Positions 38,834 through 48,897 are shown, counted from the first letter of the stretch. The stretch is 64,000 nucleotides of DNA from Patescibacteria group bacterium (GCA_044868145.1 JBIOWE010000006.1:284537-348536), one strand, 5' to 3'. Translations and numbers: made by a program. The notes: a model not told the origin generated them from the sequence alone.

Positions 38834-39544
38834 TGTATCCTTCCCTTCAGCCCATTATGTTGATAATAATGTGGCTCAAGGAAAGAGGGAAGGAGTGAAG
38901 GAGATTGTGCGGGTAGTACGTACATACGTTATGGTATGCGTACTGTTATAAACCGGCACGGCATCTACAGGGCCTTCCCCTCTTGAACTTGCTGATAAAG
39001 AACAGTTCGAGTAGTCAAGGACATTCGTCCTGGATAATTGCAATCTTTTTGCAAAAAGATTTTTTCATGCCCAATGGGCGCGTTCCTTTGGCAATGTTCC
39101 AAAGAAAGATCTGGAGGTGAGATGCTCGACCTAAGCCATACGGCCCTGCCGAGCGAAGAATGAATTGTAGTATACTCTTAGTTTACACCAAGAATAATTA
39201 CTTTTCATCCTTTTTATCTAACCCCTCCATATCCCACTTTGAAACAAAAAACGGATTGCTCGAGTAGAGAATCCGCCTTTTGTTAGCCGCCGGGATTTTC
39301 ATCGTCCGCGGCTCAACAATTGATTAATGCATTAAAGGCTTTTCAGCCTGCCCTTTTGTTCCTGTTCAGAGGCGCAAAAAGGCAAACCGTCTCTCTCGCT
39401 TTAAACCTTTTGATTGTTTTAAAAAACAAAATTAACAATACAGCATATACCTCTATGGTTTTCCTGTCAAGAGGGATATCCACATTGTATGGTTATTTTT
39501 GCGTTAAGCTAGCAAAAAAACATGTACATTTGAGTACAGGCACT

Positions 39545-39621
39545 TTGGGTAACCGCCAATCCTCAGATTGGCGGACCACGGTTTCCCACATTACGCCCGA
39601 TCTGAGGATCGGGTGTTACCC
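39545..39621. repeat. dual-hairpin structured element, copy A (outer stem GGGTAAC/GTTACCC; hairpin 1 CCGCCAAT-CCTCAG-ATTGGCGG; hairpin 2 CCCGATC-TGAG-GATCGGG)
   Basis: Read directly. A second copy at 51721..51787 has an identical hairpin 1, and compensatory substitutions in the outer stem and hairpin 2. Confidence 0.6.
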
Positions 39622-39630
39622 GCGAAAAAA

Positions 39631-41877
39631 CTACTGCCTTTCAATCAGTGCGGTGTATATTTGATCAGACGTGAGGTCAGCGGAAAACTTGAGCTGATTT
39701 TGAGAAGACTCCCCGCTTTGGCTCCACGCGAGCACGTATTGAGAGGGCAGTCGAAGGAACGAAACCAAGCCTGTCGGCGCAGAACCAGGCTGGCGTTGCA
39801 CGAGAAGAGAATAGGTATCAGTCGGGTGCGTCAAAAAACCCGTTCGTAAGCTAAACGGAAGTTTATAGGAAACTTCGACTGTTGCCTGCTGACCAGGACG
39901 CACAACAACCCAGTTGCCGAACACCGTTTTGCCAAATTCATGTGTTACGCGGGTTTGCGTTCGTTCATCGAGTGAAGGATTTTTCTCAATTGCCAAGAGA
40001 TCTTCGTCTTGCCCCGCATCAAGGTCAGGTTCTTTAAACCTGGATTGCGGAATGACGCTAAATCCTTGAGCGTCAATAAGCTCGCTGCCTTCGGGAACGT
40101 AGAATCGAACGTAGGAGACGTTATCAACGCCCGCAAAAGCATCATTCTTCGAACCGTTATGCACGCGTGTCAATTTAACTGTATCGATAATGGAGCCATC
40201 GTCAAGAACGCGAGCTTCATGGAGAATCAATTGTTGCATTGACGCGTCCGTTTTGCCGCCGCCAATGTTCGTCGTCACCACGGAAAGAAAATCTTTTTCA
40301 GCGGGCAGAATCGCCCCGGACCAACGAAGGTCCTCGATGCGCTGCTGCGTTTCTTGATTTTTGCTGAACAGCAGGAGGTCGCGCTGATCAAAGGAGGTGC
40401 TCAAAGCTCCTAACAAATCAACCAACTTATCAGGACTAACGGAGAAGAGCTTATTTAAAAGCACAGGCAGAAGATCAGCGATGAACGCTTTTGGCTCGCC
40501 ACTCTCTCGATGAGCGTCCGAATAGGATTGTGCGTACGCAACAAAATTTGATGCACTGATGACAGTGCCGTATGGGTCGCGCATATCAATGGACCCGGTT
40601 ACGTCAAGGAGGCGCTCAATAAATGTTGGTGTAAGCGCGATAACACCGTCAACGGACGGTCCGCCGCTTTTTTCGTAAAACCACATTACTTTTTTCGCGC
40701 TCGTAGGAAAATCCGGGAACCAATTCGCGTCTTGGATGTTCCAATACGGATTCACGAGGTGGAGCGGATTCGGGGACACAATCTTTTCAGGAAATTGGCC
40801 GGCGATGTCATAACTTCCGCCGCGTGGCACCTCAATCCTCTCTACTGCGCCCTGGTAAACGTCAATGAGCGCGAGGGAGCCGATAAACCCGCCCGTAGGC
40901 CGAAGCTCACGATTATTTTCAAAAAGCACCAAGTAACGTTGCTGCGTATGTGCGCCAAGCACCGAAAGAAGGGCCTGGGAAGCCTTTTCCAAATAACTGA
41001 AATTGTCCCGAAGGGCTGGCAGTACGCCGGCAAGCGTCTGGAACGTTTCGCGACTAGACTCCGGAATATCTTCAGGGCGAACCAGTGAAAGGTTATCGAT
41101 CGTCACGCGCACGTAATGTTCCAGCAGAGGCAAACGTTCGGTCAAAACCGAAAAGTCCCGTGTTACGGTTTCGTCGGAACCCGGGACGCGCGTATCAATG
41201 GCTTGCAACAAGCTCGCCAATTCCTCCCCTGCTTTACTCATATACTCTCCGGCGGTCAACAAATGCTCTGCGCTACGCGATTCGCTGGAAGCCGCCTTTA
41301 CGATATCAGTTGTGAGCCCGCCGAAGCTGCGGAATTCTTCTTGGGCTGCGACGAAGCCGTTCTTCGCCTGCTCAAAGGTTGATGAGGCTTTATCGTACTG
41401 CTGGGAGGCAATATACTGGGAGGCATCAATGAATTGACCGTATGCATCCGTGCTGGCGCCGAGTACCTTACCTTTCACTTCTTTGGCTTTTTGAATTGCC
41501 GAAACGACAAAAAACGGCACAAGCAATGCGCATAAGAGCAAAACAAACACCAGAAGATGTTTGAACCGGGGCGTAGACAACTTCCATGAAATGTCAGAAT
41601 GATTTTCTTTTCGTTTTTGACCTCCGCGCGGCCGCCGGTGCACAGGCGCGTCTTCTGCCGGCACGGTAAGGTGATGAATGGCTTTCCCCACTGTTTGCGT
41701 GCCCGCGCTAAAAAAGTTTTCCAACGCTGACTGGCGCACTGTCTGCTTCGGCTGCGAAGATTTGTCAGTCATTTTGCGAAGATTCAAAACATTTTCCTCG
41801 GGGACGCCAATCCCGGCGCGCGGCTTTTGAATACGCACGCTCCGTGAACCGTTTGTTTTGTGATTAGTCCGATTCAT
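39631..41877 (-). CDS. DUF4012-domain extracytoplasmic protein, membrane-anchored (cell-envelope polysaccharide locus protein)
   Basis: N-terminal basic region plus one TM helix. Core motif QRYLVLFENNRELRPTGGFIGSLALIDV, characteristic of DUF4012. 748 aa. Confidence 0.6.
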   Translation of the reverse strand: MNRTNHKTNGSRSVRIQKPRAGIGVPEENVLNLRKMTDKSSQPKQTVRQSALENFFSAGTQTVGKAIHHLTVPAEDAPVHRRPRGGQKRKENHSDISWKLSTPRFKHLLVFVLLLCALLVPFFVVSAIQKAKEVKGKVLGASTDAYGQFIDASQYIASQQYDKASSTFEQAKNGFVAAQEEFRSFGGLTTDIVKAASSESRSAEHLLTAGEYMSKAGEELASLLQAIDTRVPGSDETVTRDFSVLTERLPLLEHYVRVTIDNLSLVRPEDIPESSRETFQTLAGVLPALRDNFSYLEKASQALLSVLGAHTQQRYLVLFENNRELRPTGGFIGSLALIDVYQGAVERIEVPRGGSYDIAGQFPEKIVSPNPLHLVNPYWNIQDANWFPDFPTSAKKVMWFYEKSGGPSVDGVIALTPTFIERLLDVTGSIDMRDPYGTVISASNFVAYAQSYSDAHRESGEPKAFIADLLPVLLNKLFSVSPDKLVDLLGALSTSFDQRDLLLFSKNQETQQRIEDLRWSGAILPAEKDFLSVVTTNIGGGKTDASMQQLILHEARVLDDGSIIDTVKLTRVHNGSKNDAFAGVDNVSYVRFYVPEGSELIDAQGFSVIPQSRFKEPDLDAGQDEDLLAIEKNPSLDERTQTRVTHEFGKTVFGNWVVVRPGQQATVEVSYKLPFSLRTGFLTHPTDTYSLLVQRQPGSAPTGLVSFLRLPSQYVLAWSQSGESSQNQLKFSADLTSDQIYTALIERQ

Positions 41878-41885
41878 AAGCTATA

Positions 41886-43004
41886 TTATATCTGCAAATA
41901 CAAGGATTGGGTAGTGGTAGCAAGCTTATCCCAACTAAATAGGGAAACGCGCTTTAAGCCCCGTTGAATCATTATCTGGCGTACGTTGGCGTCTTCTAAA
42001 ACGGCATAAATCGCAGCGGCGATATCTTCCTCGCTTTGAGGATCGCAATATCGCGCGGCGTCACCAAGCACTTCAGGCAGAGACGAGCTTCGCGCCGCCA
42101 CAACCGGGACGCCGTGCGCCATCGCTTCCAACGGAGGCAAACCGAACCCCTCGAGCAGTGAGGGAAACGTATAAACGGAGGCATGTTCATAGATCGCCGG
42201 CAAGTCCTTATCCGTCACAAAACCAGGAAACAAAACCCGGCCCTGCAAATTGAGCAAGGCAACTTCTTTTTTCAGACGCTCGTAAAAGTAATCATGCTTC
42301 CCCACAAGAACAAGATAATGCGACACCCCCGACTCAATTAATAGTTTATAGGCACAGATCAGGCGCTCAAGATTTTTGTGCGGATATGCATTACCCACGT
42401 ACAAGATGTACGGCTTCTTGATCCGGTACTGGTTCAGAACGGTTTGCGATACCGTCGCTATGCTGCTCTGTTCTGGATCGACCGCCTCATGCGTCACGAC
42501 GATTTTGTGTGCAGGCAGCCGAAAAGATTCAATCAGCTGCGCTTTCGTGTACTCGGAGACAGTCAAAAGAGCTCGTGCGCGCCGGACAGCGCGGCGAATC
42601 ACCCAACGATACCCAAAAAGCTTCATCGCATACATCAGCGGGCCAAGGGTGGTCGCTCGTTTTGTCGGATATTGCAAGAGAATAAGATCGTGAATCGTTA
42701 CGATAAATTTACCGAAATACAAAATCGGCACGTTAAAATGCGGAAAATGCATAACCTGAATACGCTGTTTATAAATCGCCAAGGGCAGGTACACTTGTTC
42801 TTTCACGGTGTACCATCGGTAATCGGCAAGAACTTTCCGAAAACGAGGGTTACGCGGCTGATAATCCGCCCAGTTGTCTCCCCGCAGGAAGATAACATAA
42901 TCGTTCGCCGTATCAAGCCGTTCAAGATTCTCTATCAGTTTTTGCGTATAACGACCAAGGCCTTTGCCTATGGGTCCATAAAATCGTGCATCTATCCCTA
43001 TGCG
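41886..43004 (-). CDS. glycosyltransferase family 4
   Basis: MRIGIDARF start. C-terminal [20 protein letters not shown]4 signature. The ORF extension to 43064 is rejected. Confidence 0.75.
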   Translation of the reverse strand, partial: RIGIDARFYGPIGKGLGRYTQKLIENLERLDTANDYVIFLRGDNWADYQPRNPRFRKVLADYRWYTVKEQVYLPLAIYKQRIQVMHFPHFNVPILYFGKFIVTIHDLILLQYPTKRATTLGPLMYAMKLFGYRWVIRRAVRRARALLTVSEYTKAQLIESFRLPAHKIVVTHEAVDPEQSSIATVSQTVLNQYRIKKPYILYVGNAYPHKNLERLICAYKLLIESGVSHYLVLVGKHDYFYERLKKEVALLNLQGRVLFPGFVTDKDLPAIYEHASVYTFPSLLEGFGLPPLEAMAHGVPVVAARSSSLPEVLGDAARYCDPQSEEDIAAAIYAVLEDANVRQIMIQRGLKRVSLFSWDKLATTTQSLYLQI

Positions 43005-43012
43005 CATAGTCG

Positions 43013-44149
43013 TTACGATGAAAAAGAAAAAATCCCGAGCGTTTCCCTGGCTGTTCGATCCCAAGTATATTGTTTTGACCGGTCCCTGCCTTTGGCTATG
43101 AGAGCGCGACGGACTCGCTCATCAGACAACACTGTGTCGAGCGCACGAGATACCTCCGCGACGTTTGTTGGATCAACCACGAGCCCTGCATCACCAACGG
43201 TTTCAACCAGTGAAGACGTGGCTGAGACAATAACCGGTACACCGGAAGCCATCGCCTCAAGTGGCGGTAAGCCAAACCCTTCGTACAACGACGGATAAAG
43301 GAATGCGCTACTATTGCGGTACAAGCTAGGCAAGCTGCGCTCTTCCCTGTACAACAAGAACTGGATGTCTTCACGTTCATTGACGAACCTTTTCAGATGC
43401 TGAAAGTAACCATGCGAATGAGCGTACGGATCGCCGATAAGCAACAGACGAAGCGTCCCCTTATGCGTCTTTTTATAACTCATAAAAGACTGCAGGAGAA
43501 ATTCAATATTTTTCCTTGGCTCGATATTTCCGACGTACAGCACGTAGGGCATCGGCGAATCTATTGGTTTTGGTGTTTGTGCATTATTTTCAGCCGAGAA
43601 ATAAGCTGTATCAACCCCGAGCGGCGTGATTCGGATTTTTTTCTCATCAACGTTGTACGCACGTACGAGGTCATGCTTGGTTTGCTCGCTCGGCACAAGG
43701 ATTGCATCAGCTTTGTTCAAAAGATGACGCGGGCGGATAAACCAATGCCACAGACGCCGTTTCCAAGGATACAATGCCGGGAAAAAGCGAAAAGAAAGGT
43801 CGTGAACAGTCAGGATAAAACGTACGCGTTTACTCATAGATAAGAAACCGACATTTGGCGCAAACAAAATATCAACCCCACCCAGCATTCGATCGAGCGA
43901 TGGCCAGTTGAACAAAACAAAAAAAGCATGTAATGCTTTATTGGGGTAACGCAGGTGACGTAACTGAACGCGGCTGCCTTCGAACCGTTTTAACCAAGGC
44001 AGGTCAGCATGGCGTATGCCTGTGTAAAACAAAATGTATGAGTTATCAGTGTCAATTGCCAGCAAGTGTTCCAGTAGATGTTTTGTATAGTAACCAACGC
44101 CGCTTACGCGAGAATCGACCAAGGAAGAAATATCAACGGCAATGCGCAT
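43013..44149 (-). CDS. glycosyltransferase family 4
   Basis: [10 protein letters not shown] start. [20 protein letters not shown] signature. Confidence 0.75.
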   Translation of the reverse strand: MRIAVDISSLVDSRVSGVGYYTKHLLEHLLAIDTDNSYILFYTGIRHADLPWLKRFEGSRVQLRHLRYPNKALHAFFVLFNWPSLDRMLGGVDILFAPNVGFLSMSKRVRFILTVHDLSFRFFPALYPWKRRLWHWFIRPRHLLNKADAILVPSEQTKHDLVRAYNVDEKKIRITPLGVDTAYFSAENNAQTPKPIDSPMPYVLYVGNIEPRKNIEFLLQSFMSYKKTHKGTLRLLLIGDPYAHSHGYFQHLKRFVNEREDIQFLLYREERSLPSLYRNSSAFLYPSLYEGFGLPPLEAMASGVPVIVSATSSLVETVGDAGLVVDPTNVAEVSRALDTVLSDERVRRALIAKGRDRSKQYTWDRTARETLGIFSFSS

Positions 44150-44781
44150 TAGACTCCTTCACGGTTGGGTCCTCCGCGAAGATAATATGCGATGCCGAGC
44201 ACGGCAAGACTGAGCAAGAAACCAACGACCCCACCGATGAGCGTGGTAACCCAAACCATTGGACTTTTTTGTACAATAACAGGCTCTGACCCAACAACAT
44301 TAAATAGTCCTTGGCCTTCTTCCGACTGGTTTGAGGCGACCGCTTTGTCCTGAACAATTTTAATGATTGCCTGCGAAAGAGTCGCCGCAGTCTGATGGTC
44401 GCGTTCTTTGAAACGGACAACAATATTTTGCGGGGAAAATTGCTTTGTTTTGAAGCGAGACGTAAACCCTTCAATGCTCGAGATCTGCGGATCAATGTTG
44501 GCCGCATGGTAAATCTCAAGCAACACGGATGGAGTCATGAACCAACTCATTACCGTTTGCGAAAAAAGATCGGACGCTTGTATGGCATAATACCCATCGT
44601 ACTGGTAGGCCGAGGTGTTCTGACGAATTGTGCGGTTGATGGAAAACGAAATAGAAGTATCGTACACCGGCGCACGAGTTGATGAAACGAAAAACGAAAT
44701 GCCCGCGCCAGCGATCGTCAAAACGACAACTATCCAAGTCGCCTTTTTGAAATATTGTCGGAACTGCGTATTGATAGTCAT
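44149..44781 (-). CDS. Wzz/chain-length-determinant-like protein (two TM helices flanking a periplasmic domain)
   Basis: N-terminal TM (WIVVVLTIAGAGISFFV) and C-terminal TM (VTTLIGGVVGFLLSLAVLGIAYYL). Cluster context. Confidence 0.45.
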   Translation of the reverse strand: MTINTQFRQYFKKATWIVVVLTIAGAGISFFVSSTRAPVYDTSISFSINRTIRQNTSAYQYDGYYAIQASDLFSQTVMSWFMTPSVLLEIYHAANIDPQISSIEGFTSRFKTKQFSPQNIVVRFKERDHQTAATLSQAIIKIVQDKAVASNQSEEGQGLFNVVGSEPVIVQKSPMVWVTTLIGGVVGFLLSLAVLGIAYYLRGGPNREGV

Positions 44782-44797
44782 ATGGATTCAGTATAGA

Positions 44798-45895
44798 TTA
44801 TTTTGAAAATTCTTTCCACTTTGTTCCAATAAAGTCACTGATGCGTTGTCGAAAGGATGCCTCATCGAATGTTTCCGCGTGCTGACGCAAAACTGAAGGG
44901 TCAAACTGATGAGGCTTGAACCGAATGACTGCATCAGCGAGCGCCTCCCATGATTGCTCGTCAAACAAAACTCCTGTTTTTCCCGGGATAACACTTTCAA
45001 CAGCGCCGCCAGACCCATAGGCAATAACCGGCTTACCCGAAGCCATTGCTTCAAGGGGTGTTATGCCGAAGTCTTCCTCTTGCGGATGCAAAAGCGCTTT
45101 TGCACCAGCGAGGAGTTTTTTCTTTTCCGCGTCGCTCACATGGCCGAGAAACGTAATATTACTTTTTGCCATTTCGCGTAGGCGTTCCTCCTCCTCGCCC
45201 GTGCCCACGATTTTTAAGGGCATGTTCAACTGATTAAACGCTTGCACAGCGAGATCGACGCGCTTATACGGCCGCAATCGCGAGATAAGAAGAAAATACG
45301 CACCGGGCTCGGTGCTCATCTGGTAATCGGCCACGCGAATCGGCGGGTAGATAACGTCACTCTTTCGCTTGTAATATTTTTCAATGCGCCGGGCGATAAA
45401 ATGAGAATTCGCAATAAACGCGTCAACCCGATCAGCGGCCTGTCGATCCCAAACCCGAAGATAACTACGATACAACTGCGAAAACCGTCCGACAAGGCGC
45501 TTACGCTCAAGAGCGTCAATCACGATCGTATGGTCACTCCACAAATACCGCGTTGGCGTATGGCAATAGCAGATATGCAACGTGCGAGGCCCTGTGATCA
45601 CGCCTTTTGCTAGGCCTGAACTGTCGGACAGGACAACGTCATAATCAGAAAGATCATAACTTTCTGTGGCTGAAATCATAAGGGGCAAGTACCAGCGAAA
45701 CTTTTTCCGAGCAAACGGCATATGAGCCAAAAATGACTCTCGTACATCTTTCCCTTCGAAAAGCCGATGCGTCCCCGCTTGGTCGTAAATCAACGTAAAA
45801 ATAGGGCTTTGGGGAAACATATCGGAAAAAACCTTCAGGACCCGTTCCGCCCCTCCTAATTGATTTAAATGATCATGCACCAACGCAACTTTCAT
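44798..45895 (-). CDS. glycosyltransferase family 4
   Basis: MKVALVHDHL start. [21 protein letters not shown] signature. Confidence 0.75.
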   Translation of the reverse strand: MKVALVHDHLNQLGGAERVLKVFSDMFPQSPIFTLIYDQAGTHRLFEGKDVRESFLAHMPFARKKFRWYLPLMISATESYDLSDYDVVLSDSSGLAKGVITGPRTLHICYCHTPTRYLWSDHTIVIDALERKRLVGRFSQLYRSYLRVWDRQAADRVDAFIANSHFIARRIEKYYKRKSDVIYPPIRVADYQMSTEPGAYFLLISRLRPYKRVDLAVQAFNQLNMPLKIVGTGEEEERLREMAKSNITFLGHVSDAEKKKLLAGAKALLHPQEEDFGITPLEAMASGKPVIAYGSGGAVESVIPGKTGVLFDEQSWEALADAVIRFKPHQFDPSVLRQHAETFDEASFRQRISDFIGTKWKEFSK

Positions 45896-45901
45896 AGATA
45901 A

Positions 45902-47293
45902 TTATGCCGCGGAACGAGCCAAGAAAACGACGAATGGTGTTTTCGCTAAAATTCGTAAATCGAACGCGAGGCTCCAGTTCTCAATATAGTAAATATCCAG
46001 TTTCGCTTCGTCTTCAAACTTTAGCTCCGATCGACCAGATATTTGCGCGAAGCCCGTCAGCCCGGGTTTAATGGTTAGCAACTTTTTGTGGCTCTTTTCA
46101 TACTTGTCCACCTCTTCCGGCTCATGCGGTCTTGGACCCACAAGACTCATCTCACCTTTTAGCACGTTAAAAAGCTGCGGCAACTCATCAAGACTTGATT
46201 TCCGCAGCAGTCGGCCGAATCGCGTGATGCGCGGATCATTTTTTATTTTAAATAGTGGGCCGTCGGATCGCTCGTTAAAATTTACCAGTTGCTTTTTGAG
46301 CGCATGCGCGTCTTTAATCATTGAACGAAATTTGTATAAGGTAAATCTATTGCCCCGCTCTCCCACGCGCTCGAGCTTTACGAAAATTGGTCCTTCGGAA
46401 TCAATGCGAATGAAGAGCGCTATCAAGAGAAAGATAGGCGTAAGAACCAAGAGCAAAAAGGAAGAAAAAACGAGATCAAAAATCCGCTTCAAGATTCGAC
46501 CCCATCCGTCAAGTTTGGTCCGTTTCACCTCAATCAATGGGATGTCGGCAATTGTGGTGACTTCAACGTTCGTTGCTTGAGTTTCGTACAGGTCGGCGGC
46601 GTATTTAAAAACAACATGATGCTCATCGCAAAAACCTTTGATTTGTAACATCTGCTGTTTGGAAAGAGCGGGGTCGGCCACAATGACTTCATCGACCGGC
46701 TGGAGCTTCATGCGCTCCTTCAGCGTGGTAATCGTTGCATCATCGACAGTAGAAAAACGGTCAATAACCTTGTACCCATAGGACGAATTGCGATGCAAGA
46801 TGGTAAGAACGTTTTCCGTTATTTCATCGTTCCCAATGATAATCACTTGATGACTGCCCACGCCTCTTCGCAAAAGCGCGTGCTGCACCAATCGTATTGC
46901 AAGCCGTCCAAGACTAACGAGTACAATAGAAAAAATCCAGCCGGCGATGATGATAAAACGAGAAGAGAAAAGCTCTCGTTGGAAGAAAATGACCAGAACT
47001 ACGACCGTAATGCTTGCCGTGCATGCGATGAAGATTTTTCCGAGTTCAATATTTCGCTTGCCAAACGAGTGAGCCGCATACAAACCTGAAATCGCGAAAA
47101 TACTCAAAAAAATCACTCCAACAACAAGAGTGATCCGCAAAAATTCTGAGAACGCAATATCATAGAAAACCGGACGAATGCCGGTTACTATCGGGGTAAA
47201 CCGCAGACTATATGCTGCAATGCCGGCGAGGAGAACCATGCAAAAATCGATCGGTACGAGAATTGCCGTAAAAAATAATTCAGATTTCTTCAT
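45902..47293 (-). CDS. initiating polyprenyl-phosphate sugar phosphotransferase (bacterial sugar transferase family, WbaP/ExoY/CpsE-like)
   Basis: N-terminal TM helices. C-terminal catalytic domain motifs (RFTLYKFRSM, DELPQLFNVLKGEMSLVGPRP). The start is set at MKKSELFF; the 5-prime ORF extension to 47632 is antisense to rnpB and rejected. Confidence 0.8.
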   Translation of the reverse strand: MKKSELFFTAILVPIDFCMVLLAGIAAYSLRFTPIVTGIRPVFYDIAFSEFLRITLVVGVIFLSIFAISGLYAAHSFGKRNIELGKIFIACTASITVVVLVIFFQRELFSSRFIIIAGWIFSIVLVSLGRLAIRLVQHALLRRGVGSHQVIIIGNDEITENVLTILHRNSSYGYKVIDRFSTVDDATITTLKERMKLQPVDEVIVADPALSKQQMLQIKGFCDEHHVVFKYAADLYETQATNVEVTTIADIPLIEVKRTKLDGWGRILKRIFDLVFSSFLLLVLTPIFLLIALFIRIDSEGPIFVKLERVGERGNRFTLYKFRSMIKDAHALKKQLVNFNERSDGPLFKIKNDPRITRFGRLLRKSSLDELPQLFNVLKGEMSLVGPRPHEPEEVDKYEKSHKKLLTIKPGLTGFAQISGRSELKFEDEAKLDIYYIENWSLAFDLRILAKTPFVVFLARSAA

Positions 47294-47344
47294 AATACTG
47301 CTTACCCCTTTGTATGTGTAAAGGGGGTGCTGGAAAAACGTTAA

Positions 47345-47753
47345 TGCCAAGGTAAGCCTGTAAGCCGAATTCTGTTCTCCTACTTGCAAGCAAGCGGAAG
47401 AGATAATTATCTCTCTGGGACCGCCATTGCTGGCGGCCTCTAGCGCCCGTTCGGGCTTGCACCGGAGAGGGTTTTCCACGCTCCTATCTCGCGATAGGTG
47501 CGCGTGAGCTCTTACCTCACGATTTCGCCATTGCCTGATCCCACCTCGTCGGCGGGCCATTGGCTGTGTATTTTCTGTTGCACTTTCCCTGGGCTTCAAT
47601 GCTTTACAGTTCTCGAGAGATCCGCAAAGCACCTACTCCCGGTCGCCGTTAGCGACTCTCCACTTCTCGCCTCGTCGGCGAGGGTGTTCGGACTTTCCTC
47701 CCCACCTTCCCCTTGCGGAAAAAGGCGAAGCAATTATCCAACTTACCTTGGCA
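47345..47753 (-). ncRNA. rnpB: RNase P RNA, bacterial type A
   Basis: The minus-strand sequence contains GGGGAGGAAAGUCCGAACACC (P4 5-prime strand), AGUGCAACAGAAAA, GGGAUCAGGCAAUGGCGAAAUCGUGAGGUAAGAGCUCACGCGCACC and ACAGAAUUCGGCUUA (P4 3-prime strand). P1 forms by pairing of CCAAGGUAAG with CUUACCUUGG. About 408 nt. Confidence 0.85.
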
Positions 47754-47757
47754 TGGT

Positions 47758-47790
47758 ATAGAGTAACGAAAATAAGGTATTTTGTCAATA
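47758..47790 (-). promoter_or_regulatory. putative sigma70-type promoter for rnpB
   Basis: Minus strand reads TTGACA-17 nt-TACTCT, ending ~7 nt before the predicted RNA 5-prime end. Confidence 0.4.
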
Positions 47791-47835
47791 CAAGATAAAA
47801 TAAAAAGCGTGACACATATTTCTTGTTATCACGCT
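47790..47835 (-). terminator. intrinsic terminator of plsC
   Basis: The minus-strand hairpin AGCGTGA..TCACGCT includes the stop codon and is followed by TTTTATTTTATC. Confidence 0.55.
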
Positions 47836-48452
47836 TTTAGTCTATAAATCGCATCGTACGCTTTTTGGGCTGCAGCCTCGTATGAACCTCCAAGCTCTTC
47901 AGACTCAATCGGTTGTCCAAAACGAATCTCAAGAGAGCCACGACCAATGAGCCAACGCAGGATCATAGACATCCATCCACGAAAGGTAATTTGGCGCTTG
48001 TAGCCATCCACATCAATAAATACGGGTACAACAGGCCGCTGCGACTGTAAAGCAATCAGTCCGACACCGGCATGGAGCTTTTTGTGCTCGGGCCTCGAGG
48101 AACCTTCGGGAAAGATCAGCGCCCATTCTCCGTTCTGCACCAACTTCACCACTCGGCGCAGTAAACCAATGTCGCTTTTCCCTTTTGCAACGTACAGGAC
48201 GCGCATCCCTGCGAAAAGCCGGCGGGCAAGCCAATTCCGACCAAGGTCAGCCCTCGCGAGAAAATAGATCTTACGGCGCGTTGCTTTATAAATACAGTAG
48301 CCAATCGCCGGCGGGTCAAAATACGATTCGTGGTTAGAAGCAATAATACATCCGCCCGCGTGCGGAAGGTTTTCTGCACCAATGATGCGAAATTTCTTAA
48401 AGGACACATCAAACACCAATCGTATCAAAAACAGCGATACGGAATAAATCAC
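47829..48452 (-). CDS. plsC: 1-acyl-sn-glycerol-3-phosphate acyltransferase (lysophospholipid acyltransferase family)
   Basis: HxxxxD motif (ASNHESYFD). FPEGSSRP motif. Confidence 0.75.
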   Translation of the reverse strand: MIYSVSLFLIRLVFDVSFKKFRIIGAENLPHAGGCIIASNHESYFDPPAIGYCIYKATRRKIYFLARADLGRNWLARRLFAGMRVLYVAKGKSDIGLLRRVVKLVQNGEWALIFPEGSSRPEHKKLHAGVGLIALQSQRPVVPVFIDVDGYKRQITFRGWMSMILRWLIGRGSLEIRFGQPIESEELGGSYEAAAQKAYDAIYRLKA

Positions 48453-48480
48453 GTCTCACCTCCTTTGTTGACGCTCTTTC

Positions 48481-48897
48481 TTACCGAGAACTCATCTGCT
48501 TGTCAAGCTCCTTATTCACGAGTTTGTCGGCTTCTTTATTTTTTTCTCGAGGAATCACACGGAAATCAACGCGCCTGAATCCAATCATCATATTCCAGCA
48601 TTTGACGAATAAGGAACCGAGCTCAACGTTTTTTATCTTGGCCTGACGCGAGAGCTGTGTCGCGATAAGCTCGCTGTCCACATAAAAATCAAGTTCACTT
48701 GCTTTCAAGCGCTTCGCCTGCTCCAGCCCAAATAAAACGGCATGATATTCAGCTTGGTTATTCGTCGCCTCGCCGATGTATTTTGAATAAGAGCCAACAA
48801 GAGTATTGCCATTCCAAATTACTACGCCAACGGCAGCTGGGCCGGGGTTTCCACGTGCGCCACCGTCAGTATAAATCTCAAGTTTTTTATTTTCCAT
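48481..48897 (-). CDS. rnhA: ribonuclease HI
   Basis: IYTDGGARGNPGPAA, NNQAEYHAVLFGL, and the DSELI and EKNKEAD catalytic motifs. 138 aa. Confidence 0.85.
   Translation of the reverse strand: MENKKLEIYTDGGARGNPGPAAVGVVIWNGNTLVGSYSKYIGEATNNQAEYHAVLFGLEQAKRLKASELDFYVDSELIATQLSRQAKIKNVELGSLFVKCWNMMIGFRRVDFRVIPREKNKEADKLVNKELDKQMSSR

Noticed and set aside
39320-39664. 114-aa plus-strand ORF in the gene-free stretch
   Set aside because: It has no RBS and a low-complexity translation. It overlaps the dual-hairpin element and the end of the DUF4012 gene. It is more likely non-coding
42378-43298. 306-aa plus-strand ORF
   Set aside because: It is antisense to two well-supported GT4 genes and spans their junction
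47294-47632. N-terminal 113-codon extension of the sugar-transferase ORF
   Set aside because: It runs antisense through the RNase P RNA gene. The conserved transferase sequence and the hydrophobic N-terminus begin at the internal Met (47293)
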